NCBI GenBank assembly: GCA_030295235.1
Contig: AP026134.1
Coordinates: 186,001 to 250,000, forward strand
Reading direction: 5' to 3'
Source of the DNA: Fistulifera solaris
Lineage: Eukaryota
Length of the DNA: 64,000 nucleotides
Part shown: positions 45,601 through 58,400 of the stretch, piece by piece
How the letters are laid out: each line of letters begins with the position of its first letter
How positions within the stretch are numbered: position 1 is the first letter of the stretch
Notes under the pieces: generated by a model
Databases searched by the model: none
The model's input: the letters and a program-made list of their open reading frames with translations, nothing else
Told to the model about the DNA's origin: nothing
Made by a program: the position numbers and the translations under genes

Positions 45601-45786
45601 TACTTCGGCAATTGGAGCGGTTCCCTTGGGTGATGAGATACTGCTATTGATGTTCTTGGAATGGTCTATCATGACCAGATTCGTCGAACAGGACGGGCAG
45701 AACACTTTATCGATCTCCATTCCGTCATCAAATTGATCGTCCGTCTCAAGGGATCGGGGGGATGTCCTCAGTGATGTAGCCACCAT
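42685..45786 (-). CDS. Large protein with repeated SSSCA1/ZNRD2 (autoantigen p27)-like zinc ribbons; intron about 44815-44746
   Basis: Three (M/L)L(Q/K)G(Y/W)..C..C..P(L/M)...CxxC modules plus an N-terminal CPSC...CFGC. The C-terminal helix is restored across an indel near 42775. Confidence 0.72.
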
Positions 45787-46333
45787 TGTTTCACGAATGT
45801 AATACTTTGTCAATGGAAGACGTTGCGGTAATGATGCAAGTGGACGCTTTTTCAATGTAAAATGGACTGCGAAGCACTTTATTTGACAACGTGCTCGAAG
45901 AAATGTGGGCACTTGCACCACCAGCGATGTGATGTCGTCGCTCGCGCTTTAAGTAACTGTATCGGTCATTAAATAAAAAACGACAGAATACTAAGCAGAT
46001 CTGTTTGTCTATTGTACAATGTAAGCCGCGCAGAGCCTGCGATTCTTGCGACTAATTTATATACGAGATCGTGAAATTTAGTGCTAAGTTGATATTGCGT
46101 TCGGTACTCATTCCCTCCAACATCCAATATCCCACAAGCATGCGCGATGCGCGATGACGCTGTCCTGCTTTCAAGGAACCGTCTGTCGTCCGAACCATTC
46201 CATTTACCGCTCTACTACTTTCCCAGCGCCGCCGTTCAGCAAAACCGACAACGACATTGCGGCATCTGTGTGGGAGATTGAAATTGTTTCTAAGCAATCT
46301 TCTCTTGTCCTAATCAACAACTTACAATACATA

Positions 46334-46944
46334 ATGGAAAGGTATGTTTCATCGATACCTTGGTTCGGGAAAAAGCTGCTTTTCGGCCTCATTCCGTGCG
46401 GAGAGGAGGACTTCAAAAATGAAAGCTTTAAAAAAAAGACGGATTTTCCTTGTGATTCGACTTAATTCAGATCTAACACACTCTTCTCTATGATTTATTG
46501 GTATTGATTTACAGTGAAGGAAAAACCCAAATGATGGGCGGCATCAAGCTGCTCGAAAACGAGGATGTTTTCGGTGTGGCTCACTTGTTTGCCTCATTCA
46601 ACGACACCTTTGTGCACGTCACAGACTTGTCTGGACGCGAAACTTTGGTTCGTGTGACCGGAGGAATGAAAGTGAAGGCGGATCGCGATGAAAGCAGCCC
46701 GTACGCTGCCATGTTGGCCGCGCAAGATGTTGCGGCCCGATGCAAAGAATTGGGCATTACGGCCCTGCACATCAAGGTCCGAGGGACCGGCGGAAACAAG
46801 AGCCGATCCCCAGGCCCCGGTGCCCAAAGCGCTCTTCGAGCATTGGCCCGAAATGGATTGAAAATTGGACGTATTGAGGACGTAACACCTATTCCCAGTG
46901 ACAGCACTCGTCGTAAGAGTGGTCGACGTGGTCGCCGCTTGTAA
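46334..46944 (+). CDS. RPS14: 40S ribosomal protein S14; intron 46342-46514
   Basis: [39 protein letters not shown] and [22 protein letters not shown]. Confidence 0.97.
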
Positions 46945-47151
46945 ATTTCAAGATTATTCAATAAAACTAATAAAACAATATCTTAAAGCGGCGCCTTGTG
47001 TGTTTTGAAAGGTGGGAAGGTGGTTGTAGACTGAGTGAAAGAGCCAAAATGTTAGTGCTTGGTAATTTTGACTAGTAGGTAAAAGTTTTAAGAAAAAACT
47101 TGCTGCATAAATATTACATGCAATACAAACTATTTCCGCAAGGACTGCTTT

Positions 47152-48010
47152 TTAACCCGCATAAAATGAACTATCATAACGATCATCGACAACATCCGTC
47201 AACGACACCTCACAATTGAGTGTATCCCCCAATTCTTCCATCTCCTGTTTGATTTTGTGGGCATCGAATCCGGCCGCCAAGGGTGCTGCGGCCGTTGCCA
47301 CACCGCGCATTTTGAACAACATGGAACCACCGTAGGGTGCAATCTCTTGATCGGTTTCCATTTTATCAATGGAAAGACCCGCCTTGGCGAGTGCTGCCGT
47401 GATTTTGTGTACAATACCGGGATGATCGGCTCCTTCCAGTGTAAAGTACGCGGAGTCTAGCTCGATTGTCAGAGTGGGGTGTCGAAAGAAAAACGATAAA
47501 GATATGCCAACAAACTTACATCCAATTTGGGGAGTGAATTGGGAAGAGCCTAGTTTGGATTCAAATACGGTCGCATTCATGTCGGGCATGGACTGAAGCC
47601 TGGATTGCAAACTCGTCAACTCTTCCGTCGGTACCGATACCATCATCATGAGAGAAAAATGCGGACCCAATTTCGCCGCTTGTGAATCACCGACATTGCC
47701 ACCGGCATCGATTACTATACCGGTAATATCGGAAACAATCCCAAGACGATCTTTTCCGACGGCATTGATGATCAAGTCCGTCGATGAAGAGAGCCATACC
47801 TATATTTTGTGGTGTTGTGGTGTGAGAATAAAATGATCACTAACACAATCCAACGCTTTGCAACACAGAATGGTACCGGGCAAGTCTTCGGAAAGATTTG
47901 TGAAGTAATTGTACTTGTAAGTTTCAGTCGTGAAGCAACAAAATGTTTCTTACCCTCTTCAAGGCTGGCTGCCGTTGCCAGTTTCGAGACAATGTGCGAG
48001 CCGTAAACAT
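47152..48010 (-). CDS. Tandem ACT-domain protein (GcvR-like), multi-exon, presequence-like N-terminus; start approximate
   Basis: VGKDRLGIV...GGNV.DS and LEGADHPGIVHKIT...GLSI ACT repeats. Confidence 0.75.
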
Positions 48011-48787
48011 ATCGAGAAGTTGCTGCAAATTATTGAATAACAACAAGAAAGAAAGATCTGACAACTATTTGAATCGACAAGAAAGAGAATGAATTGATGT
48101 GAAATTCTTCAAGGATACCTCCTCGACGTCAAGATGACGTATGTCGCGTGTTCTTTCGCGATATTTTTTCAAGCGTACGAACACCGGACGGACTACGGTA
48201 TGACAACGCACGCACGGCTATCGAACTCTGCAAAGGTTCAATGTTTGCAGTCTTCTCCTTCTTTGACTTCCTTATTGACCATCATGATGCATCTTAACTT
48301 TTAGCAACATTTGTTGCGAGCGCCTCGACTTCTTAACGTCGAAATTCATGCGGTATATATTGTCCTTCCGTTTGACTGTAGGCCCAAAATGTGGAATGTA
48401 GACGACCCTTTCCCACGACCGCATTTCAGTCATGAATAGGAAGACTGCTGCCTAAATTTCACGCTCGTTCTGCCAGCTAACCTACATCAGTCCTTTTAAG
48501 CGATGCAATAAGCTAAAAGAGCACTTACAATGCACATTTCAACTGGTGTTGACGAAAATTTGTTTTATCCGATTGTCTTTGGCCCCTCTCTACAGGGCTC
48601 TACATTACCACGATTTCAGTCATCAGGTGGTGGCGGCACACACGGTTATGACGTCAGGCGTACGCGCTCGCAGTCCGATCGATTTTATTGTTCCTAAATA
48701 ATTTCCTCCAACCACTTCGTTTCATCGGCAAAAGTGGGATGCGAAAACTGTTTCGGGGTGTAACGAAAGGGAACAGTCACCCAAAGC

Positions 48788-49891
48788 ATGCCGCGGTGCT
48801 TTGTTGGTAAATGGATACGGCGCTTCGCAATAGCTACCCTTTTCGTTCACATGACGCCATGTTCATTGGCCTTGCTCCGATGTCGGCCACCTTCGCGGCA
48901 GTTTCGGTGCTTTTCTTCCATGACGAACTTTCCATCCGATAACTCAACAATACCTTCCTTTCATATGTACTACAACGACGTGTACGAAGTTCCATTGCCT
49001 CCCAATCATCGTTTCCCGATGGAAAAATACAAACGAGTCCGACAATTAGTACAGCAACAATTAGCCGGATCGGACAAGCTACAATTCCTCGTATCACCCT
49101 TGGCCACGATGGAAGAGTTGACGACCACACATGCTTTCGAGTACATTCAAAATTTTGAGAAAGGCCATCAAACACCCCAAGAACTCCGCAATGTGGGATT
49201 TCCCTGGAGTCCGGCGGGTGTCCTGCGTGCGTTCAGTTCCGTCGGTGGAACGGTGGCCGCCGCGTGTCACGTTTGTGAATCGCCCAACCGTTGGGCGGCC
49301 CATTTGGCCGGTGGAACCCATCACGCCTTTTACGATCGGGGAGAAGGATTTTGTGTCTTTTCCGACATGGCGGTTGCCGCGAATGTCGTATTACAGCGTT
49401 ATCCACACATTCAGCGCATCCTCTTGTTGGATCTTGATGTGCATCAAGGAAATGGGAATGCGGTATTGTTTCAAAACAATTCACAAGTGTTTACATTTTC
49501 GTTGCATTGCTCCGCCAATTACTTTTCGGCTCAACAAAGATCGGATCTCGATATTGAATTACCACCTAACTGTTCCGACAATACGTATTTGGTGACATTG
49601 CGTTATTGGTTACAACAACTCGAACAGCAATCATTTGATTTGATATTCTTCCAAGCGGGTGTCGATGTACTAAAAGAAGATCGATTGGGACGCATGGATT
49701 TGTCCTTAGAAGGTGTCCGACGACGCAATCGGTTGGTGTACGAATTTGCGAAGCGCCATCAAAAACCGTTGGTGGTTTGTATGGGTGGTGGTTATCCGCG
49801 CAGTGAGGACTGGGAACCCATTTTAGAAGCACACGCGAGTGTGTACCTAGATGCTTACGAATTTTGGAAGAGTCATGTTGCGGCGTCATGA
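48788..49891 (+). CDS. Histone deacetylase-superfamily protein (HDAC11/AcuC-like)
   Basis: HRFPMEKY, GGTHHA, GFC, DLDVHQGNG, AGVD...DRLG and GGGY. Confidence 0.9.
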   Translation: MPRCFVGKWIRRFAIATLFVHMTPCSLALLRCRPPSRQFRCFSSMTNFPSDNSTIPSFHMYYNDVYEVPLPPNHRFPMEKYKRVRQLVQQQLAGSDKLQFLVSPLATMEELTTTHAFEYIQNFEKGHQTPQELRNVGFPWSPAGVLRAFSSVGGTVAAACHVCESPNRWAAHLAGGTHHAFYDRGEGFCVFSDMAVAANVVLQRYPHIQRILLLDLDVHQGNGNAVLFQNNSQVFTFSLHCSANYFSAQQRSDLDIELPPNCSDNTYLVTLRYWLQQLEQQSFDLIFFQAGVDVLKEDRLGRMDLSLEGVRRRNRLVYEFAKRHQKPLVVCMGGGYPRSEDWEPILEAHASVYLDAYEFWKSHVAAS

Positions 49892-50335
49892 GATGCGCGT
49901 GGCGGAGGTTCCGACCGTGGCTTACATAATAAGAAAGCCGACAATCCTATCGACTTGCTTTTGCAGTCCTCTGGTTAGTCTTCTCAAAACTAGCGAAATC
50001 AAAAAGTCACAGAAAATTTCCCTGACAGGTCCTTTGAAGTGTTGTTGCGTAAAACCATTCCTGCCCAGTAGGCAAACTCTACCGAAAATCTGTTTTCGTT
50101 GCGGAGACTTTAGTGGAACGATGAATGCACTTGATTACTTGGTAGAGGGAGTGATTTGGAGCAAACATTCACAAGTTCTCTTTGTACTGTAGGGCGCATA
50201 GCACGACGCAAGACCGAATAATTGGCCAGTCGTGACTGCTATGCCGATCGGAATAAGTCATAATTAAAAAATCAGTTTCTTTATATTTCACTCGCTTGAT
50301 TTCTAACGATTATCAAATCCAAATAAATCGAACAA

Positions 50336-52317
50336 ATGGTGCGGCAATTGTTGTTCCTTTTCCTCTTGCTGAAAAGTGCAACGGCACGAGACCGGACGGT
50401 CATGAAATTGCAAGCCGATGGGAGCGTGTTAGAATGCACGATGACGAAGAATGGGAAAGAACGTTGTATCGATACGATGAATCCCATGATGGTGTTGGGG
50501 AATGAAGAACACATTTTGCGACAACAAACGAAGGAACGAGAGAAGATGAGAAAGGCGGAGGAGGAAATGAAGAAAGAAAAAAGAGAACCAACGCAACGAA
50601 GCAACCGATGTAGACGAAGAGGAATCGTCTCCTCCGAAAAAAAGGAATGGATTTAAATGCACTCTTGAATTCACCCGAAGCCAAACGACAAATCAAACAA
50701 GCACTCGATTCGGGAGAACAAGTTGATTTGAGTGCAATTGTCGGTTCCACGATTTCACGGGCCTTTGCCAATCTGGGGAAACCTGCTGTACAAGAAGAAG
50801 AGGATGACGATGACGGACCTTCAGGTGTCGAATTGTTGATGAGTGCCGCGTTACGAGCCGCGGCACAACATGCCTCCGGGGATCCGTTTCAAAACCTCAG
50901 CAATCACTCCCGTACGGATCAGTGTGAATTCTTTAACAAAGTCGCCAAAGTACTATCTCGATTCAATGATCCGGATCTGGATATGGAATTGTTCTTACAA
51001 GATCTCATCTCGATTGCGACACCCGATCATGTGGAAGGGGACCCGATTGAGTTGGAGAATATTGTACGGACCAAGCAGAAACTGAAAGATACATTGCAAC
51101 ATCTGTTGGGTCAATTGGGATTGCAGTACTTTCATCCCCTACAATTGTATTATTACATGATCGATGAGGAAATACGCAAGAATTCGGTATGGAAACGTCA
51201 TCGACATCGTTATTTGCCGCCCGTTTCGAAAGAAGAAGTACTTCAAATGATAGATGGATTATATCTGTCGCAGCTCGCTTACAGTAAGAATTGTAATACT
51301 ATTCAAAGGCATGTGGAGCAATTTCAGATCGATCCCGTCTCCGGTAATAGTCTGTGGACGTTGCGTAATTGTTCGGTGCACTCGGAACGCTTTCATCCAG
51401 CGCATTATATGATGGTGCAGCATTCTAAAAGCTCGATGCCACTGGAGGTTGCCTTGATCATTCGAGGATCACAACAACAGGCCGATTATCTATCGGCCGG
51501 AGCGCTCCATGCTGTGCCGTACCGTGGTGGATTCGTCCACGAAGGTGTACGGAACAGTGCACAGTGGATTCGTGGAACATACGAAAACGACTTGCAACAG
51601 CTCTTACAGGAACATCGCCAGACACAAAGCAATAAAAAGGTACCACTCAAGTTGTATCTCATGGGTCATTCGTTAGGAGGAGCTACAGCATCTGTAGCTT
51701 CGATGGAATTTAACGACGTGGCTGAATTTGAAGCCTTCGCAGTTGGCTTCGGAAGTCCGGCGTCCTTGTCGCCAAATCTGTCGCGGACCATGAAAGATCG
51801 GATCACCTCGGTGGTGAATGACGCAGACTGCGTACCCCGTATGTCGGCAAAATCCATCGTGGATGCTTGGAAGAGAGTTTTGCAGTTTGATTTCACCAGC
51901 CTGTGTCTCGATGATGTGAATCAGTTGGAGCCGATTCTCCGCAGCAAACTTTCCATACTTGGGAATTGGACCGAAAGCATGCTAAACAGTATGCAGACGA
52001 CGGTGGAAGACAAGATCCGAAAGGAGGCTAAAAAACAGTTAAGTCATGCCCAGAAAGTTTTGGTAAATGCGAGCAGCGACCCGTATGAATCGTTAGTTCC
52101 GGCCGGTGATTGTGTCCATTTCTACCGGGATGGGACGTCGTGGCAGAGTGTTTACATCGATTGCCAACAATTTTACGAAATTGAAGTTGTCCCGCACATG
52201 ATTGACGACCATTTAGTTGCAGGAGGCTATTACCATGGAATGCTCGCCTATTTGAGAAAGCTTGATAAGGACACAAACTTCAGGCCTTTGCATGAGGTAG
52301 ACAGTTTGCGCGTCTAA
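50336..52317 (+). CDS. Secreted class 3 lipase, copy 1 (indel near 50590-50640)
   Basis: Signal peptide, IRGS, VHEGV, GHSLGG, VVNDADCVPR and DDH. Confidence 0.85.
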
Positions 52318-52384
52318 AACTTTTGCTTTTGTGTCCTTTGATTAATTTGTTAAATGATTATTACCATATTTTATTTTTGACCAA

Positions 52385-52482
52385 GATGCTTCGACTTGAA
52401 CTTTGTCTAGATCTGACCATGGGTGTGCTGCGTTTGGTCCCGATTCGTGCTTGTTTGGAACGAGCATGCGGTGGGCCTCGTC
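52385..52482 (-). pseudogene. Degenerate duplicate of the 3' end of the Sec7 ARF-GEF gene
   Basis: GATGCTTCGACTTGAACTTT...CTGAC...TGCTGC.TTTGGT...CGAGCATG.GG.GGGCCTCGTC matches 55460-55568. Confidence 0.75.
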
Positions 52483-53022
52483 ACGCATCGGCGGCGGATG
52501 AAATAGAGTGTCGCTAGAACGCTAGAACCAATTTCTTTCTGTCATCCATTGGTACTTACGTAAACTCTCTGCTTTGTATTTCTGTTGAGTATTTGGCGAT
52601 CGCTTTGTTGTTGTGATAGTTCGGCAACAACGACAAAGTCGCTTTGCCGTCCGCCGATGGTGGGAGAAATGGTACCTGCGTACAAAACCTAGGGAGTGCT
52701 AATTGCTAATGGACAAGTTTTTAACTGTACGAATTTGACCAGTCACTGGTCACTGGTCACTGGTTAACCGTTAACTAACTGTTCGTTGTTCGTTTTTCCA
52801 CCGTCAAAATTCCTCTGGGATAACAACTTATGTATCCTATATCATATATCATAAATCCCAAGCTTGCATTGTAAGTTAATTGTTAATTGATACGTAGTAA
52901 TTGAGAGGATAACTCGCTTCTTTGGACATAGGAAATCAAAACAAAACATAACCCACGGTGTAACATTACACGCTGTGCAGTTTATTTGTTACTGTATACA
53001 GTCTTTCAAAGCAAACTGCAGA

Positions 53023-53057
53023 CTGCCATCTGCCATCTGCCATCTGCCATCTGCCAT
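53023..53057. repeat. (CTGCCAT)5 tandem repeat
   Basis: Five perfect heptamer copies. Confidence 0.95.
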
Positions 53058-53383
53058 GCTCTCATGAGTGATGAGGTGATGAGAACGTGAATCACAGGCG
53101 CGAATTGCGAACGAATGGATCACCTAATCATGTATCAAAGAACAAATAGATCAGGATATTTCAAGGTTGAAGGCAAACGGATGATTCGATTCCATCTCAA
53201 ATAACGTCGTAGATTTTGTCAAGAGGAATTTGGGAATAATAGACATGCGGCTCAAGATTTTCCCCCTTTTTTGCCCACAAAAATTCTGTTTCTCGCCAGA
53301 GACTCTCTAGCAAAACGATTCATTTACAAACGTAAACTTATTTCTATTCCATTTTGGCAAAATCCTCTTCTTGTCGTTTTGTC

Positions 53384-55393
53384 ATGGTGCGTAAGATATG
53401 GCTGTTTTTTCTTCTCCTTCACAATGGGAATGCTCGAGATCAGACCGTTATGAATAATATACAAGCCGATGGCACCGTTTTGGAATGCACTGCGATGAAG
53501 AATGACGACAATCGTGGTATCGATGTCATGGATCCAGTTCTGAAGAACGAAGAGAACAATTTGCGGCTACTAAAGCCGGAGGAGAAACGTCGAGCAGAGG
53601 AAATGATGGAGGGGAACCAAGTGAAACAAGAAGAAGAAATGAAAGACGATTTAGAGGAGGAGGAGGAACAAGCCTCGGAAAAGAAAAAGTCGGAAGGAAT
53701 GGATCTAATTGCTTTATTAGATACACCCCAAGCCAAACGACTAATCAAGCGAGCGTTGGATTCGGGCGAACAAGTCGATCTAAGTGCCATTGTGAGTTCC
53801 ACGTTATCGCACACCGTTGCCAACCTCGGCCAACCGAACCTTGGTCAAGCGAAACCAATGATCGCACTGACAGAAAATAATGAGGAAGATAAACTTTCGG
53901 GTGTGGAATTGTTAATGTCCGCGGCATTACGAGATGCGGCGCAACAAGCATCAGGGGATCCATCTCAAAATGTACGTCCCGAGCAGAACAATTTCTTTCA
54001 CCAAGTTGCCAAAGCCATCTCCCGAAGCAATGATCTTGGTCTAGATACGGAGTCGTCTTTACAAAATCTCATCACCATTGCCGCACCCGATCATCCTACG
54101 GAAGGGGAACCGATTGGATTAAGCGATATTGTGCGGGGGAAGCAGATACTCCTAGATACATTAAAACATTTACTCGGTCAGTTGGGACTGCAGTATTTTC
54201 ATCCCATACAAGTGTATTACTACATGATCGATGAGGAAAACAGAAAAGATCCCATATGGAAACGTCATCTTCATCGCTATTTGCCACCAGTTCCGAAAGA
54301 AAAAGTACTACGTATGACGGATGGATTATATCTGTCACAGCTCGCCTACAGCAACAATTGCACACAGATTCAAAGCCATGTTGTTGGAGAATTTCAGATC
54401 GATCCCAACGGCCATAAAGGTCTCTGGACCTTACGAAATTGCTCTGCACATTCCAAACTTTTTCAACCAGCGCATTTTATGATGGTGCAGCAGCCACTAC
54501 CCAAGAGTTCGGTCCCACTCGAGGTAGCCTTGGTTATTCGAGGAACACATCAGCCAGCTGATTTTCTAACGGACGGAGCTCTCAATGCCGTTCCTTACCG
54601 CGGTGGGTTTGTACACGAGGGTGTATGGAACAGTGCGCAGTGGATTCGTGAAACATACGAAAACGATCTCAAAATGCTCTTGCAGCAACATCGAAACACT
54701 CAAAAGAATGCCAAATTACCACTCAAGGTGTATCTCATTGGTCATTCGTTAGGTGGAGCTGCAGCATCTGTAGCGGCTATTGAATTCAACGACGTGCCCG
54801 GATTCGAAGCATACGCAGTCGGCTTCGGGAGTCCATCGTCATTGTCGCCGATTTTGTCTCGGGCCATGAAAAATCGGATTATCACGGTGGTGAACGACGC
54901 TGACTGTGTACCCCGCATGTCGGCAAGATCCATTGTTAGTGCTTGGATACAGATTCTGCAATTCAATTTCACGGATCTGTGTCTAAATGATCTAAATCGG
55001 ATGATGCCCATCATCAAAAGCAAATATGCTGTTTTTGGACCTTTGACCGAAGTCATGCTAAATGATTGGCGTTCGAAAATGGAGGACCAAATCCGGAAAG
55101 AAGCGACAAAGCAATTAAGCAGGACCCAAAAAGCTGTAGCAAACGCGAGCATTGACCAGTATGAAATGTTGATTCCTATTGGTGACTGTGTCCACTTCTA
55201 CCGGGATGGGACATCGTGGCAAAGCGTTTACATCGACTGCCTACAATTCCAAGAAATTGAAGTCGTTCCGCACATGATCGATGACCACTCTGTTTCAGGA
55301 GGCTATTACCCTGGAATGCTCGGCTACCTAAGAAAGCTTGAAAAGAATTTAAACTTCAGGCCTTTGCATGAAGCAGACAAATTAAGTGTATGA
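53384..55393 (+). CDS. Secreted class 3 lipase, copy 2
   Basis: Signal peptide, GHSLGG and VVNDADCVPR. Colinear with copy 1 along its length. Confidence 0.88.
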   Translation: MVRKIWLFFLLLHNGNARDQTVMNNIQADGTVLECTAMKNDDNRGIDVMDPVLKNEENNLRLLKPEEKRRAEEMMEGNQVKQEEEMKDDLEEEEEQASEKKKSEGMDLIALLDTPQAKRLIKRALDSGEQVDLSAIVSSTLSHTVANLGQPNLGQAKPMIALTENNEEDKLSGVELLMSAALRDAAQQASGDPSQNVRPEQNNFFHQVAKAISRSNDLGLDTESSLQNLITIAAPDHPTEGEPIGLSDIVRGKQILLDTLKHLLGQLGLQYFHPIQVYYYMIDEENRKDPIWKRHLHRYLPPVPKEKVLRMTDGLYLSQLAYSNNCTQIQSHVVGEFQIDPNGHKGLWTLRNCSAHSKLFQPAHFMMVQQPLPKSSVPLEVALVIRGTHQPADFLTDGALNAVPYRGGFVHEGVWNSAQWIRETYENDLKMLLQQHRNTQKNAKLPLKVYLIGHSLGGAAASVAAIEFNDVPGFEAYAVGFGSPSSLSPILSRAMKNRIITVVNDADCVPRMSARSIVSAWIQILQFNFTDLCLNDLNRMMPIIKSKYAVFGPLTEVMLNDWRSKMEDQIRKEATKQLSRTQKAVANASIDQYEMLIPIGDCVHFYRDGTSWQSVYIDCLQFQEIEVVPHMIDDHSVSGGYYPGMLGYLRKLEKNLNFRPLHEADKLSV

Positions 55394-55455
55394 TTGTGGT
55401 CTAATAACCTTGGTGTGTCTTTTGATTGTTTACTATGTACTACCATGATTTTTGT

Positions 55456-58400
55456 CTACGATGCTTCGACTTGAACTTTTTCTGGTTCTGACATTGGGGG
55501 TGCTGCTTTTGGTGCCAAATCGGAGTTGCTTTGAGTAGGACTTACACGAGCATGAGGAGGGCCTCGTCCCTGTTGTGGTTGGCCTCGTCCTTGCAGATTA
55601 GGAGGTACTCCTCGTCCACGAGCATTGAGAACATGAGGTGGGGGCCCTCCTGGACCTCGATAGTTGGGCGGTGGCTCACCACGCCCACCGCGAATGGGAC
55701 CGCCGCGGACGGGCGGTGGTGCATTCCGAAGATTTGGTGGAGGAACGGATCGCGCGTTGGGAGAAGGGCTACCTCTCGCATTTGGAGAAAGGCTTACTCG
55801 TACATTTGGAGGAAGGCTTGCCCGTGGTGGTTGCGTAGGGCTCCCTCGGACGACCGGAGAAGACGGACCTTGAGCACTTGGTGTGTTGACGGTTATTGGT
55901 GTCGGTTTCGGTTTTGTCGCCTTCTGATTGTGCACTGATGCTCCTGCTGCTCCAACGCGCTCGAGCTCTGAAAGCAATATTTCGCTGGCCCATGAGCTGA
56001 ACTCAGTGTCACCCTTCCACTCTTCGGTAACCATGAGGTTCGATAAATAAGTCACCGTCTGTAGCGTTTTTTCGAACAATGGAGACACTTTACCCCGACG
56101 TCCCTGTCGTAAGTTTTCTCGTGCGAGTTGGGCAAACTGTTGCATAATATCAACCAAATCGTCGCGGATTTCTTTGTCGTGGCTCAAATGAGGTAAAACG
56201 TGCGAAGCAAGTTGACCGAGTAACGAGAAAGTAGTCCCACGACTCGCGTCCGCAGTCACCGGGGTTGTTTGTTCGCCATCAAATACATGATGTCAATCCA
56301 CTTATCTCCGTTAATCTCACTGATATCGGTTCGAATCACCACACGTCTGAAACATTTAGCACCTTCTGAGGACAGTTCAGCATCGGAAGATCTGCAGACC
56401 GTGTAAATTGCAACAGCCATATTCTGGAAAAGCTCTTCGTTCGGAGCTGCTTTTGTGGCGTCCTCAACCTTTCTCTCAGTCTGTTGCAACTCCAATTCGA
56501 CGATGTGACGATATACTTTCTCCAAACATAGCATGGCAGGTACCGAAAAAGCGACATCGCCTTGATAGAATGCGAGGACGAAACGTATAAGAATTTTGGA
56601 GATTTCGATCGAAGCATCCATGGTCAATATAGAATGCTCTTCTGTATTGGTAGTATCCTGAGCGTCCACCTGGGAAAGAGCGTATTCGACTGTGGATGCT
56701 ATTCCATCGAAAACAAACACTCGAGAATTGTTGAAATGAGCTAGCGTGTCCATCGTATCACCAAGGAACGTCCAGTCATTCGGCGTGTCGAACAAGAAGT
56801 AGCTGTTTCGTAAAACAATCGCAAGACCACAAGCCATGCGGTCGGCAATGACCTTGATGAAATTTTTGGGTAAAGACATCATTACGAGATGCAAAGAAGC
56901 TTTTAGCTGGCCTCGTGTCTAAAGCAGATATGACGTGTTAGATCAATTGCCCAAAAACGCCTGCCTCCGAGAACTCCTTAATATCCTCTAGCTTACCTCT
57001 TCAATATCATATAAATGTATACAGCATCGGAGGATCGTAACCACAATTCTTTCGATCACAAACGGAGCAGGTACTTTGGTCGAAGTAACAGTGCTAAGCA
57101 CCACTTCAAACTTGTTCAAGAAAGGTATGAACCACTCGAGTGCATGATCTCGGTTCGACAACAGGGCTCTTGTGGCTAATTCAATACTAAAGATTGCATG
57201 CTGTTCACCCACAGGATCATGTTTAAATGGGAAATCATCCAAGCAGTCGATTTGTAGCTGTATTTTTCGTTTCACATCTGACTGGCCCGTTGCAAGATGA
57301 ACGACAGCCTCAACATCGGACGCTTCTGCTATTTCCAAGAGAGCTTTCGCAACCTTTGAGAGCTTGTTTCTTCTTCCCGGTAGTCCCAGTTGATCTGCCA
57401 GCTCGTCGGTGTCTTTGGAAGTTCTTCTAAAAATTGACCGAAGCCATCCTTTATTCTTTGCTGCCTTCTCTTCTTCGCTGTGGGCACGGTATACTTCTTC
57501 TAATCGCCTCTGCGAAGTTTTTGCAAAGGTAGATTGAGGTAGAACGTTGCCATTACTGTCAGCAAAATCATCCAAGTCCGTCATCCCACCAGGCAGCGCA
57601 TGTGCGTCTCGAAGGGCGCAAATACATTCGATAAAAGACGGCCAAGCTGATACAACTCGAGCAGTATATTTCCGGACGACAATGAAACCGCAGTCCAATG
57701 CAAGTAGACCTCTATGATATGTGCTTCCAGTGATGTCGACGTCCTCCTTGCCTCCGTATGAACAAAGTAATCCATAGGGAATTGGGCGCCCAAGTCCATC
57801 ACTGTCGAAGTCGTCGTCCCCCTCCTTGCCAAGATGCGAATCGTTGGCAGTTTGGCTACCTGAGCTGTCTGTAACTATTGCGTTCATCACATAGTCCGTA
57901 CCCATAGGGAGTAAAATATTTAAAACTTCATCAAGAATAGAGCCGCACTCGAAATATGCCGCAACCTTACAGATTGTTTGAAGACCATTGAGTGCCTTCA
58001 CCACCAAGCCGTCATCCCAAGAGCGCTGAAAAATCCCAGCAAAAGCTTGAATGGCTGGCTTTGCGAGTCCAATGAACATCTCTTTGTGGTGGAATCCAGC
58101 GACCTGACTTGTTGAACGTGAAACACCAGCTTGTGAAAAGAACGGCAACGCTACTTCCCCTTTCTTCGATATCATGTTATCCCAGACCTTACGGAAGTCC
58201 TCTTGCTCGCCGTGCTGTTTAATAATATCACCCAATTCCTTTCGTACTTCGATTTGCTTGTTTTTGATCTGGTTATAAAGTTCTACAAGAAAGTCTTCTG
58301 GTAGATCTTCCCCGTCATTGATGCCACGGTTATTCTTTATAAATTGCTCCAATGTCATGCGATTTTCTTGTTTGATCATCGGATTGTGCAGGTCAGTGTT

